Part shown: piece after piece, positions 50,946-59,948 of the stretch
Numbering within the stretch: position 1 is the first letter of the stretch
Layout of the letters: each line of letters opens with the position of its first letter
Origin: Armatimonadota bacterium
GTDB lineage: Bacteria; Armatimonadota; SYMT01
Direction of reading: 5' to 3'
Length of the DNA: 64,000 nt
NCBI GenBank assembly: GCA_041690135.1
Contig: JAWLHY010000012.1
Coordinates: forward strand, 1-64,000
Notes under the pieces: generated by a model
What the model saw: only the letters and a program-made list of their open reading frames with translations
The model's database searches: none
Told to the model about the DNA's origin: nothing
Position numbers and translations under genes: made by a program

Positions 50946-52568
50946 ATGAGTGTCATGCCCCGTTTGCTATCTCGCCTCTTCCTGCTGCCCCTGCTGCTCC
51001 TGCTACCGATTGCGCTGGTCCGAACCGCCGCCGCCCAGCAAGAGGACCCCGTTCAGATCTCGCTCAAAGGCGCCTACTACATCAACCGCGTCGGCAACGG
51101 GCGGGTCGGGATGACCATGTCCTTCTCGCCGCCGCGACACTACGACCGATTGAAGCGCCTCTACCCCAACATGTATGTCCTGTTCCGGGACTTCGGTGCG
51201 AACCGGGCGGGTTTCGAGATCACCCGCAGCAGCCTGGAGGTCACGGCTGATGACGCGGCCCGCACTCTCACGTTCAAAGGCGACATTCTCGGCGCCACCG
51301 CTTCCAAGAACGACCAGTGGCTGCTGGGCATCTCCAACAAGGAGAAGATCGTCACGCGGGTGGGCAACCGGATCTTCACCTCGTTTGCCAATAACCCCGG
51401 CGGAGGCGTGACCCTCAGTGGAACCTTCGAGTACGTGCTCCCCGGCAACGCCACCATCGTCCAGTACAACAAGGAGCGCGGGCTGCTCACCTACACGATC
51501 CCCTACGATAAGCCGAAGGGCGCTCCCCGCGTCGACTTCCAGCTCCGCGCCAAGAAACGGCTAATGGCGGCGGTCCACAAGGTCTACTCCGATCCAGAGG
51601 TGGGCGGCGGCGCCTACTGGGTGGCCAAGACGGTGGTAAAGAACACCGGGACCGTCCCGATCTACGACGTGCGGATCAGCTACCGGCTGGGCGAGTACAC
51701 GGAGGAGAGCGTCCCCGAAAAGTACTCGGTGGTTCTGCCGCAGGGCTCGCTGGTGGACGTGTACTACCCCGTCATCTCCCCCCGCGTGACGCAGCTCCGC
51801 ACCCGGACCCCCGTGGAATTGCGGATCAAGTACGACTACCGGGATGGCGCCGGCCGGAAGTACTCAGACGAACGGTCCGAGCGGCTGGAGATCCTCGGCA
51901 TCAACCAGTTCGAGTACTCAAACCTGAGCGAAGAGGACCGGACCGATAGCTGGTTCGACGCCTTCAACAACGCGCCGCTGCTGGCCTCCTTCGTCACGCG
52001 CAACGACGACGCGGTCCGGCAGTTCGCGGGGATGGTGAGCGAGGCGGCGGAGGGTGCGGCGGCCGCGGCGCGTGACCAGGACGCGCGGAAGTGGCTCAAG
52101 GCCGCTTACGAGATGCAGTTGGCGAACAACGTCGTGTACCAGACGCCTTCCGGATTCCTGACCCCCGAGCGCTCCGCGGCCCAGGACCTGAAATACGCCC
52201 GCGACGTATTCCGCGACAAGTCCGGCACCTGCATCGACCTGGCGATCACCTATGCCGCCCTGGCCGAGTCGGTGGGCCTGCGCTCGTACCTGATGCTGAT
52301 CCCCGGCCACTGCTTCGCGGTGGTCCGCCTGCCCAGCGGCAACCTGCTGCACGTGGAGAACACCGGCCTGGGCGGCGGCAACCAGCGCCTGAGCTTCGAA
52401 AAGGCCGTGGAGGTCGGCGCGCAAAACTTCCAGAAAGCCCTGCAGTCCGAGGTGTACTACCTGGTCGATGTCCAGCGGGAGCTCACGGAAGGCCGCATCC
52501 CCAACCCCGAGCTCCCGCCCCTCCCCGCCGACTTCCTCAACCAGTGCGGCATCAAGCGCAGGCGCTAA
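50946..52568 (+). CDS. Secreted protein with C-terminal transglutaminase-like domain
   Basis: Signal peptide; GTCIDLA..YAAL..SVGL......PGHCF...VENT. Confidence 0.75.
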   Translation: MSVMPRLLSRLFLLPLLLLLPIALVRTAAAQQEDPVQISLKGAYYINRVGNGRVGMTMSFSPPRHYDRLKRLYPNMYVLFRDFGANRAGFEITRSSLEVTADDAARTLTFKGDILGATASKNDQWLLGISNKEKIVTRVGNRIFTSFANNPGGGVTLSGTFEYVLPGNATIVQYNKERGLLTYTIPYDKPKGAPRVDFQLRAKKRLMAAVHKVYSDPEVGGGAYWVAKTVVKNTGTVPIYDVRISYRLGEYTEESVPEKYSVVLPQGSLVDVYYPVISPRVTQLRTRTPVELRIKYDYRDGAGRKYSDERSERLEILGINQFEYSNLSEEDRTDSWFDAFNNAPLLASFVTRNDDAVRQFAGMVSEAAEGAAAAARDQDARKWLKAAYEMQLANNVVYQTPSGFLTPERSAAQDLKYARDVFRDKSGTCIDLAITYAALAESVGLRSYLMLIPGHCFAVVRLPSGNLLHVENTGLGGGNQRLSFEKAVEVGAQNFQKALQSEVYYLVDVQRELTEGRIPNPELPPLPADFLNQCGIKRRR

Positions 52569-54343
52569 CGAACCGCCTTCTGGTAGTAAGCGGCCATCTC
52601 CGTCTTGAACTCCGGGTTCACCACCAGGTGATACCCGCGGCTGCCACCGGCGGAGGTAGGACGCCAGGAGATCCGCAGGGTGTCGTAGAGGCGACCCATC
52701 GCGTACTCCAGCACCTTGCGGTCCCAGTCTCGGGAGGGGCGCTTGATCTGGAACACCAGACCCGTCGAATGGAACTCGGGATCCCGCGGCACGCCTTCCG
52801 GCAGCGGCGGATCGGGATACCGCTGCTTCCAGAGGGAGCGGTAGGCGTTGGACTGGACCATCGATACCACGCTGAGGGTCTCCTTGCCTCCGAAGCTGCG
52901 ATAGAGGTGCGCCACACGGAGCAGCGCGCCCATCGCTTCCGGGCGCAGGCCCTTGTGCAGGCTGGTGCTGCCGGGGTCGAGCGCGGCCAGGTTGTCGGTC
53001 CGCAGCCCCAGCGCAGGAGCGTTACGGGGGAACGCCACCAGGGTGCCGTTGAGGTAGGCTTCCCGGAGCGCAGCATTATTCGCGAACTGGAGCGGCTCCG
53101 GATCCGGGTAGTAGGCGGCGTCGGCGTTCATGCCCGGCTGCAATTCCTGCCACTGCCGCTCGAACTCCTTCGGGTCCTTGCGGTAGAGGTTGAGGGCGCG
53201 CTCCGCCATCAACACCTTCCACCAGTAATACCGGTGGTCGTCGCTCCGGCCGAACAGGTAGGAGAAGGCGCCCGGCGTGGCGGTGGGCGTCACCCCACGG
53301 TACAGCTCCGCATAGGAGAGGCGGCTCTGCCCGGGGATGGAGGTCCCGCGGCTGGCGAGCAGCGTGCGCCGGCCCGCGGCTTCCGAGTAGAGACGGATCG
53401 TCCGGTTCGCGCCACCCTCGCCGCCGTGGTACGCCTGCAGCGCCCAGTCCACCCCGCCGTAGCGGCGCGTCAGCTTCACCAGGTAGCGGGTTTGTGCGGT
53501 GATCGCCTTGGCTGGGTCGTATCGCTCGTCCACGGCACGGCGGCGCAGCACCAGCTTCTGACGCTGGCTCTTGCGGTAGGCAAGCCATTGGTCGCGGGTC
53601 CATTCACCGGCCGGGGCCGTCACATTCTCCGCGGAGGGGGCGGGCAGGAGGGAAGCATCCGCCGAGGCGGCGACCACTTCGGCTTCGGGGACCGTGGGGA
53701 CCACGCCCTTCAGCCCGGACGGGACCGCACGGGTCCACACGACGGGCTGCGCTTCCAGCCACTCGATCTTCCGCTCGAGCTGGGCGATCTCCCGCGAGAG
53801 GGCCTCCGAGGCGCCCACGTTGATCTTCAAACCGCACTGGCGGCCCGTGCCGGCCAGGTACTGGGCCACCCCGATGGCATCCGCGATCGACCGCGCGTTC
53901 GGGTCCCCGCCGGACTCCAGGAGCAGATCGGCCTCCTGCTTGCCCTTGAAGTACTCCTTGTACTTCTCCACGGACATCCCCGAGGAGGCGGCCAGCTTGC
54001 GGAGATCCCCCTGGATGGAAGGCTGCTCGATGGCGCGGTCCACGTGCGGGCGGACGCTGGTCACCACCCGGCGCACCATCTCCAGGCTACGGAGCCGGCC
54101 CATGATCCGCTTCCGCTGCGCCTCGATCACGCTCTCGGAAGCGCCCGTCACGGCATCCGACGCGGTGGGGGTCCCTTCCGCTGCCACGGCCGGATCGGCG
54201 GGCAGCGACGCCAGGCTGGGAACGGGGGCGGCGTTCGACTGAAAGGTGCCGAGCTGGCGGCCGGAGCCGTAGCCGACGATGGCGAGACCCGCCGCCGCCG
54301 TGGTGTATTTCCAGGAGCGAGGCCAGAGATGCGGGGCCTTCAT
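52565..54343 (-). CDS. Lytic transglycosylase (SLT) plus DUF5715-like domain
   Basis: LLESGG.P.ARS...A.G.AQ; ALQAYHGG; C-terminal GLRPEA...FHSTG. Confidence 0.8.
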   Translation of the reverse strand: MKAPHLWPRSWKYTTAAAGLAIVGYGSGRQLGTFQSNAAPVPSLASLPADPAVAAEGTPTASDAVTGASESVIEAQRKRIMGRLRSLEMVRRVVTSVRPHVDRAIEQPSIQGDLRKLAASSGMSVEKYKEYFKGKQEADLLLESGGDPNARSIADAIGVAQYLAGTGRQCGLKINVGASEALSREIAQLERKIEWLEAQPVVWTRAVPSGLKGVVPTVPEAEVVAASADASLLPAPSAENVTAPAGEWTRDQWLAYRKSQRQKLVLRRRAVDERYDPAKAITAQTRYLVKLTRRYGGVDWALQAYHGGEGGANRTIRLYSEAAGRRTLLASRGTSIPGQSRLSYAELYRGVTPTATPGAFSYLFGRSDDHRYYWWKVLMAERALNLYRKDPKEFERQWQELQPGMNADAAYYPDPEPLQFANNAALREAYLNGTLVAFPRNAPALGLRTDNLAALDPGSTSLHKGLRPEAMGALLRVAHLYRSFGGKETLSVVSMVQSNAYRSLWKQRYPDPPLPEGVPRDPEFHSTGLVFQIKRPSRDWDRKVLEYAMGRLYDTLRISWRPTSAGGSRGYHLVVNPEFKTEMAAYYQKAVR

Positions 54344-54490
54344 GGTACTGCTTCCCCTGCATGCGCGCGGCCGGGGCCGCGAGAAAAGAGTTCAGGCAGA
54401 TAGCTGCGGTAGACCTGAGTATCCTTGGAGATCCCGGTCCCTGTCAACCAACGTACACGGGCTCAAGGAGAAAGGGCATGGTAGCCCGCT

Positions 54491-55429
54491 CTAGGAACGG
54501 CCAGGGACCGGGAGGTTCTTGAGCACCTGGGGCTCACGCGGCGGGTGAGCGGGACGACGGTGGAAACGGACCAGGGCGCCGGTGGGACGGCCCTTGGGCG
54601 GCACCTGGAAATAGAGCTGCCCCGAAACCGCTATGGGTACCTTCCCCGCGCCGGCGGTGCGGGCGGGAATACGACGGAGGGAGGCGGAGAGCAGGGGAGT
54701 GGCCCCGCCGCCCTCCAGCAGCAGGTGCCCGGAAACGTCCAGGGTGGGGTCGAAGAGCTCGGCGGAACCATTGCTGAAGGCCAGGATCACGGCTTCCGTG
54801 GGCGGGTTTCCCGGCGGGGTCGTTTTGCGGAACACCCGCGCGTCGAAGGAGAGCTTCTTCGCCAGGAACTGTCCCTTGGGCGGGAGCGCCGGAGGTTGAT
54901 AGGGCGCCGTCCCGAAGCGCTGGACCGTCAGCGCCCAGCCCTCGCCCCGGCGTGGCTGGGGCGTCCCATCCTGCAGGCCTTCCAGCCGGAACTCCAGAAA
55001 GTCGTCCCCCCGCAGGCGCGGGAGGTTGACGCGCAGGTCCACGCTCTTGACCTTCCGGTCCGGCATGCTGAAGCCGAGCGTGAAGCGGAGGCGCTGCGGA
55101 TCTTCCGGCAGCGAGCCGCCCCGCAGCCAGCGGCACGGTAGGACGGTCTTGCCGGCCAGCACCTGGAAGTCCTCCCGCAGCGGCTGCACCCGGCGAAGCT
55201 GCAGGGGATCCGGCCCCGAGATCTCCAGCATAACGGCGAGGAACTCTTCCTTCTTCCCCAGGTCGTAGGTGCGCGCCACCTCGACCACTTCCGGACGGAT
55301 ATTACCACCCGGCCGTTGGGCGGCACTCGGCGAAGCAACCAGGAGGAGCGCAAGCATCAGGCCCCGGACAAGGGGTCCGGAGGCCGGTGTCCGCAAGAAG
55401 CGGTTACTGCCGTTTCGATACAGCTTCAT
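54491..55429 (-). CDS. Secreted hypothetical protein in the ECF operon
   Basis: Signal peptide; overlaps the anti-sigma 3' end. Confidence 0.65.
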   Translation of the reverse strand: MKLYRNGSNRFLRTPASGPLVRGLMLALLLVASPSAAQRPGGNIRPEVVEVARTYDLGKKEEFLAVMLEISGPDPLQLRRVQPLREDFQVLAGKTVLPCRWLRGGSLPEDPQRLRFTLGFSMPDRKVKSVDLRVNLPRLRGDDFLEFRLEGLQDGTPQPRRGEGWALTVQRFGTAPYQPPALPPKGQFLAKKLSFDARVFRKTTPPGNPPTEAVILAFSNGSAELFDPTLDVSGHLLLEGGGATPLLSASLRRIPARTAGAGKVPIAVSGQLYFQVPPKGRPTGALVRFHRRPAHPPREPQVLKNLPVPGRS

Positions 55430-55904
55430 CTTGAGCGGCAGAGGGGGCAAAAGGCGAGGGAGCGAGCATGACCTGGCGCCCGGTCTCTTCATCGTCCACC
55501 ACCACTAGGGCCGGGAGCGGCGTCGCCGGAGTCGTTACCGGCGAGCGGGCAGCGGAAGAGCGAAACCCTTTGGGCGACACCCCAACCACCGCCACGGTCG
55601 CGGCGACCAGCGCCAGCCCCGCGACACCGGGAGCGACCCGGCCCCCCGGCAGCCGTTGCCACCACCGGCGGCTACGCTCCCTGTCCTGGCGCAGGATCCA
55701 GGCGGCCGCCTCGCTCCCGGAAGGCAGCGAAACCTCCGGCGCCGGGTCCCCTCCCAGCAGCGACGGGAGCTTGCGATAGCTCTCCGCTTCCGCACGGCAA
55801 GCAGGGCAGCCCTCGAGGTGCTCCTCCAGTTGCCGGAGCTGTTGGAGCTCCATCTCCCCGTCCGCCCAGCCCGGCAGTAATCCCCGAACCTGACTACACT
55901 TCAT
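55404..55904 (-). CDS. Zinc-finger (ZAS, zf-HC2) anti-sigma factor
   Basis: MKC...DGE...EEHLEGCPAC plus a TM segment. Confidence 0.88.
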   Translation of the reverse strand: MKCSQVRGLLPGWADGEMELQQLRQLEEHLEGCPACRAEAESYRKLPSLLGGDPAPEVSLPSGSEAAAWILRQDRERSRRWWQRLPGGRVAPGVAGLALVAATVAVVGVSPKGFRSSAARSPVTTPATPLPALVVVDDEETGRQVMLAPSPFAPSAAQDEAVSKRQ

Positions 55905-55970
55905 AACAGCCGGTAAATCCTCTTCCGCCCACCCGCGCCCTAACCGCCAGAGGTTTAGTGTCTCGCTCTG

Positions 55971-56180
55971 TCGCCCCTCCAGGGCTCTTCTATGCGAACC
56001 TCGGGTCCGGGGGTTCACACCCCCGGCTATGCTCCTCTCGCCCCTCCGGGGCTTTCTATCAGCTCATACCGAGAACCATAGTACCTTGCCAAATCCGCGC
56101 CCCGTTTCGCTACCCCATCTCTCCTTATCCTTATCTTCACCCCTCTTTATCCTTATCCCGGCTCCTCTTTATCCTTATCC
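55971..56180. repeat. REP-like unit and CCTTAT hexamer tract between sigma and anti-sigma
   Basis: Direct repeats TCGCCCCTCCRGGGCT (55971, 56038) around hairpin 56007-56026; ccttat repeats at 56123-56180. Confidence 0.65.
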
Positions 56181-56181
56181 G

Positions 56182-56766
56182 TCAGCTTTCCCACCACGCC
56201 TTCAACGCCTCTCGCAGGGCGATGCGGGCCCGGTAGGTCCGCGCGCGGGCCGCCTCCTCGCTGCAGCCCAGCACCTGCGCGATCTCCCGGTAGCCCAACT
56301 CGTGGTACTCCTTCAACACCAGGGCGCTCCGCTGATCTTCCGGGAGCTTCCGCAGCGCCTTCCGCACTTCTTCCTGGACCTCATGCCGCTCCAGGTCGTC
56401 CGCGGGCTCGTCCACGGCCGGGTAGCGGCACAGACGCTCATGGGCCCGCTGCGCGGCGCCCCGGCGGCGCAACTCCCCGATCGCCAGGTTCCTGCCGATC
56501 CGGAACAGCCAGGGGAGAAACCCGGACCCGGCGCGGTAGCGGTGGCGCGCCTGGTAGACGCGCAGGAAGGTCTCCCCCAGCAGGTCCTCCGCCAGGGCGC
56601 GGTCCCCCACCACGTGGTAGAGGAACGCGAAGAGACGCGACTTGTGGCGGTCGAACAGCAAGGCCAGGGCCTCGCCGTCCTCCGCCGCGACCCGGCCCAT
56701 GACCTCATCGTCCGTGAGGGCCGCCACCGGGATCGCCTGCATCGGAAGGGCTGTGTCCACGCTCAT
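56182..56766 (-). CDS. ECF RNA polymerase sigma factor
   Basis: AEDL..ETFLRVY, WLFRI.RN, LP..QR.ALVL.....L.Y.EIA..LG. Confidence 0.93.
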   Translation of the reverse strand: MSVDTALPMQAIPVAALTDDEVMGRVAAEDGEALALLFDRHKSRLFAFLYHVVGDRALAEDLLGETFLRVYQARHRYRAGSGFLPWLFRIGRNLAIGELRRRGAAQRAHERLCRYPAVDEPADDLERHEVQEEVRKALRKLPEDQRSALVLKEYHELGYREIAQVLGCSEEAARARTYRARIALREALKAWWES

Positions 56767-57081
56767 CTCAGAGGCAGTACGCACCCCGAAGTTGCAGCGT
56801 GACGGCACGGGTTACTTTTATCGACCGATGCCAGGCCTTACCCGTGCTCGGGTGCTCAGTTTCACCGTACTGCCACGCACTCCGGCCGAGGAGGCTCTTG
56901 TGTCTCCCACGCCCCCAGTGCACGAATCTTTACGCATCACGCGTCACTTGCCTGCCCGAGGCACCCGTCGCGTCATACCGCTCACTCCCTGCACGAGCAA
57001 GACACATCCCGTATAACGCTGCCGCAACCTCACCGCACTACCGGTGTCTCAATCCGCACGCTGAGGGAGGCCGCGAATCCG

Positions 57082-58401
57082 ATGATCGAACTGGGACAGG
57101 GAAAGATCCGGACCTGTGAAGGGGTCAGCCGCCGACGCCTGCTCACCGTCGGTGGCCTGGGCATGATGGGCCTTACCCTGGCCGACGCTTTGCGTGCTCG
57201 GTCCGCGCACGCCTCCCCGTCCACCGAAGGCGATCGCACCCGCTCCTGCATCTTCGTGTGGCTGGACGGCGGTCCCAGCCAGTACGAGACCTTCGACCCC
57301 AAGCCCGAGGCGGCCGTGGAGGTGCGCGGTCCCTACGGCGCCATCGAGACGAACGTCCCCGGGATCCGGATCAGCGAGCTGCTGCCGACCCTGGCGCGGC
57401 AGATGGACAAGTACACCATCATCCGGACCTTCACCCACGGGCTGGACCGCCATTCCCCCGTTCACGTAATGACCGGCTCCCCGAACGACTCGACGGCTTT
57501 TGGCGCCGTGGTGACCGCCATGAAGGAGCGGCGGAGCGTGCTGCCGCCCTACGTCCGCCTGGGTTCGCAGATTAGCGGGGTCGGCGGGGGAAAGCTGGGC
57601 GCCGCCTTCGATCCGGTCCAGGTGGAGAACCCGGGCGCCGGGAAGCTTGTCATCCCGGACTATGAGCGCCCCTCCGCCGTGGACGAGCTCCGGTTCAGTC
57701 GTCGCCGCGGTCTCCTCCAGGCGGTGGATCAGTTCCGGCGGGAAACGGATGCCGATCCGGCGTTGCGGACGAAAGACGCATCCTACCAGCAGGCGATGGG
57801 GCTCCTGACCTCCACCGAGGTGCGCGAAGCATTCGACCTCTCCCGCGAGCCGGCGAAGCTGCGCGCCCGGTACGGCGCCAACAAGTTCGGGCAGAGCTGC
57901 CTCCTCGCGCGCCGCCTGGTGGAGGCCGGGACCCGGTTCGTGGAGATCAAGTGGTTCGGCGACGTCGATTCCTCCGCCTACGACTCGTGGGACGTCCACG
58001 GGGCGGACCTCCCTGGTCTTTCCCGGCTGGAGCACCAGCTCTGCCCGCGCCTCGACCTGGCTTTCGCCGCCCTCCTCCAGGACCTACACGACCGCGGCCT
58101 GCTGGAGTCGACCCTGGTGGTGGCGCTCGGCGAATTCGGGCGCACCCCCAAGATCAACCCGCTGGGGGGCCGCGACCACTGGCCCGCCGCTCAATCCGTC
58201 TTCGTGGCCGGCGCCGGCACCCCCGCCGGGACCGTCATCGGCAGCACCGACGCGGACGGCGCCTACCCCGCCAGCCGCCCCGTGCCCCTGAACGACTTCA
58301 TCGTCACCTTCTACCGCCTCCTCGACCTCAACGCCAACCTGGACGACCGCCTGCGCCCCTTCATCCCCTCCGGCAACCTCGTCGACGAACTCCTGGGATA
58401 A
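57082..58401 (+). CDS. DUF1501 domain protein
   Basis: SRR, WLDGGPSQYETFDPKP, LLARRLVEAG, GEFGRTPKIN..GGRDHW. Confidence 0.93.
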   Translation: MIELGQGKIRTCEGVSRRRLLTVGGLGMMGLTLADALRARSAHASPSTEGDRTRSCIFVWLDGGPSQYETFDPKPEAAVEVRGPYGAIETNVPGIRISELLPTLARQMDKYTIIRTFTHGLDRHSPVHVMTGSPNDSTAFGAVVTAMKERRSVLPPYVRLGSQISGVGGGKLGAAFDPVQVENPGAGKLVIPDYERPSAVDELRFSRRRGLLQAVDQFRRETDADPALRTKDASYQQAMGLLTSTEVREAFDLSREPAKLRARYGANKFGQSCLLARRLVEAGTRFVEIKWFGDVDSSAYDSWDVHGADLPGLSRLEHQLCPRLDLAFAALLQDLHDRGLLESTLVVALGEFGRTPKINPLGGRDHWPAAQSVFVAGAGTPAGTVIGSTDADGAYPASRPVPLNDFIVTFYRLLDLNANLDDRLRPFIPSGNLVDELLG

Positions 58402-58428
58402 TCGGAACCTCACCAGGGAGTCCGAACT

Positions 58429-58762
58429 TCACCACGGAGACACGGAGACACCAAGGGCACACGGAGAGGTTAGAAATAGACTACCGAGTGGTCGGAACTT
58501 CGCGCGAGTAACGAATACTCTGCCACGATAACTCGGCACGCGTTGATTGAACCGGGCGTGCTTGACGCTCTGCCGTCGGACAGCTAACCTGAGCCGGACC
58601 TCCGTGTTCCGGGACGCCTGAGTCATCCGCTGAAGTACCTGGGCTTGGTAACGGTCTGCATTGCATGCGTTGGACGTCCTCACGAAGCACCCGACATTCC
58701 CAGCAACAATCTCCATTCGGTCTCTCCGTGACCTACTCCGTGTCTCCGTGTCTCCGTGGTGA
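58429..58762. mobile_element. MITE-like element with 23-bp perfect terminal inverted repeats
   Basis: tcaccacggagacacggagacac (58429-58451) and its exact reverse complement (58740-58762). Confidence 0.55.
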
Positions 58763-58792
58763 GAATCGCCCCGAGAATTCCGTGCCGGCCTG

Positions 58793-59863
58793 ATGAATAT
58801 CTGCCAGATCATTACCCCCTCCAAGATCGCGGGGGCGGAACGTTCCACGCTCGGGCTCTGCGAGCACCTGCAGAAGGCCGGGCACCGCGTAGTTATCGGG
58901 TGCAAGGCGGGGAGCCCGCTGATCGAGGTGATGCGCGCGGCGGACCTGGACGCCCGGCCCCTGGAGATCTCCGGCAAGCTCAACCCCCAGGCGCCGTTCC
59001 GGGTCGCCCGCTTCGCCCGGGAGATGGAGGCGGCGGTCCTTCACAGCCAGTTGAGCACCGCCGCCTGGCACGCCAGCCTCGCCGCTCGCTTGCTCCGCCT
59101 GCCGTGCGTGGCGCACGTCCGGGCACTCAACAGCCCCCACTGGTACCGCCTCGCCACTCGGGTCATCGCCGTCTCGCACGCCGTAAAGGACCACCTCGTC
59201 GCACAGGGGATGCCGGCCGAGCGCATCGACGTCGTGTACAACGGCGTGGACCCCGCCCGCTACTACCTGCCCTGCACCCGGGAAGAGGCGCGTGCCCGGC
59301 TGCAGCTCCCCGCAGATGCACCCGTGGTCGGTGTGGTGGCCCACCTCACGGCCAAGAAGGGGCATGCCGTTTTCCTGGAGGCCTTCGCCGCCGCGCAGCA
59401 CCCCACCGCCGTGGCGCTGTTCCTGGGCGAGGGCGACGAGCGAGAGGCGCTGCAGGCGCAGGTCGAACGCCTGGGTCTGCAGGGGCGGGTCCTCTTCGCC
59501 GGCTTCCATAAGGACGTGCTCCCCTATTACGCGGCCATGGACGTGGTGGTGCTGCCCTCCGTCGAGGGGGAAGGCCTCCCGCGGGCGCTGCTGGAGGGAG
59601 GGCTGCTGGAGCGCGCCACGATCGGCACCCGGCTCAGCGGCGTTCCGGAGATCGTCCGGGATGGAGAGACCGGCTTCGTGGTTCCCGTGGGTGACGCTCC
59701 CGCCATGGCCGAGAAGCTACGGATTTTGCTGGACGACCCCTCCCTCCGCCAGGGGATGGGCCGGTCCGCGCGCGAGTGGGTCGGCAGCACCTTTACGGTC
59801 GAGGCCATGGTCTCCGGCACCCTGGCTACCTACGCCCGGGCCGGCGCCAGGATCGTTTCCTAA
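58793..59863 (+). CDS. Glycosyltransferase family 4
   Basis: GAER, AVS..V, VYNGVD, KGH, EGLP..LLE. Confidence 0.92.
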   Translation: MNICQIITPSKIAGAERSTLGLCEHLQKAGHRVVIGCKAGSPLIEVMRAADLDARPLEISGKLNPQAPFRVARFAREMEAAVLHSQLSTAAWHASLAARLLRLPCVAHVRALNSPHWYRLATRVIAVSHAVKDHLVAQGMPAERIDVVYNGVDPARYYLPCTREEARARLQLPADAPVVGVVAHLTAKKGHAVFLEAFAAAQHPTAVALFLGEGDEREALQAQVERLGLQGRVLFAGFHKDVLPYYAAMDVVVLPSVEGEGLPRALLEGGLLERATIGTRLSGVPEIVRDGETGFVVPVGDAPAMAEKLRILLDDPSLRQGMGRSAREWVGSTFTVEAMVSGTLATYARAGARIVS

Positions 59864-59948
59864 ATCTTCACGCCGGCGGGAGATCGTTGGGACCGAAGGC
59901 GGAGATCCGGACATACTGAAACACGTAGGTATCTCCGGGGAATTTCAC

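Noticed and set aside
52091-54403. 770-aa plus-strand ORF
   Set aside because: Shadow of the SLT gene; no recognisable domain
59292-59948. N-terminal extension of the rhodanese ORF in the track
   Set aside because: Overlaps the GT4 gene in another frame; the signal peptide starts at ATG 59949
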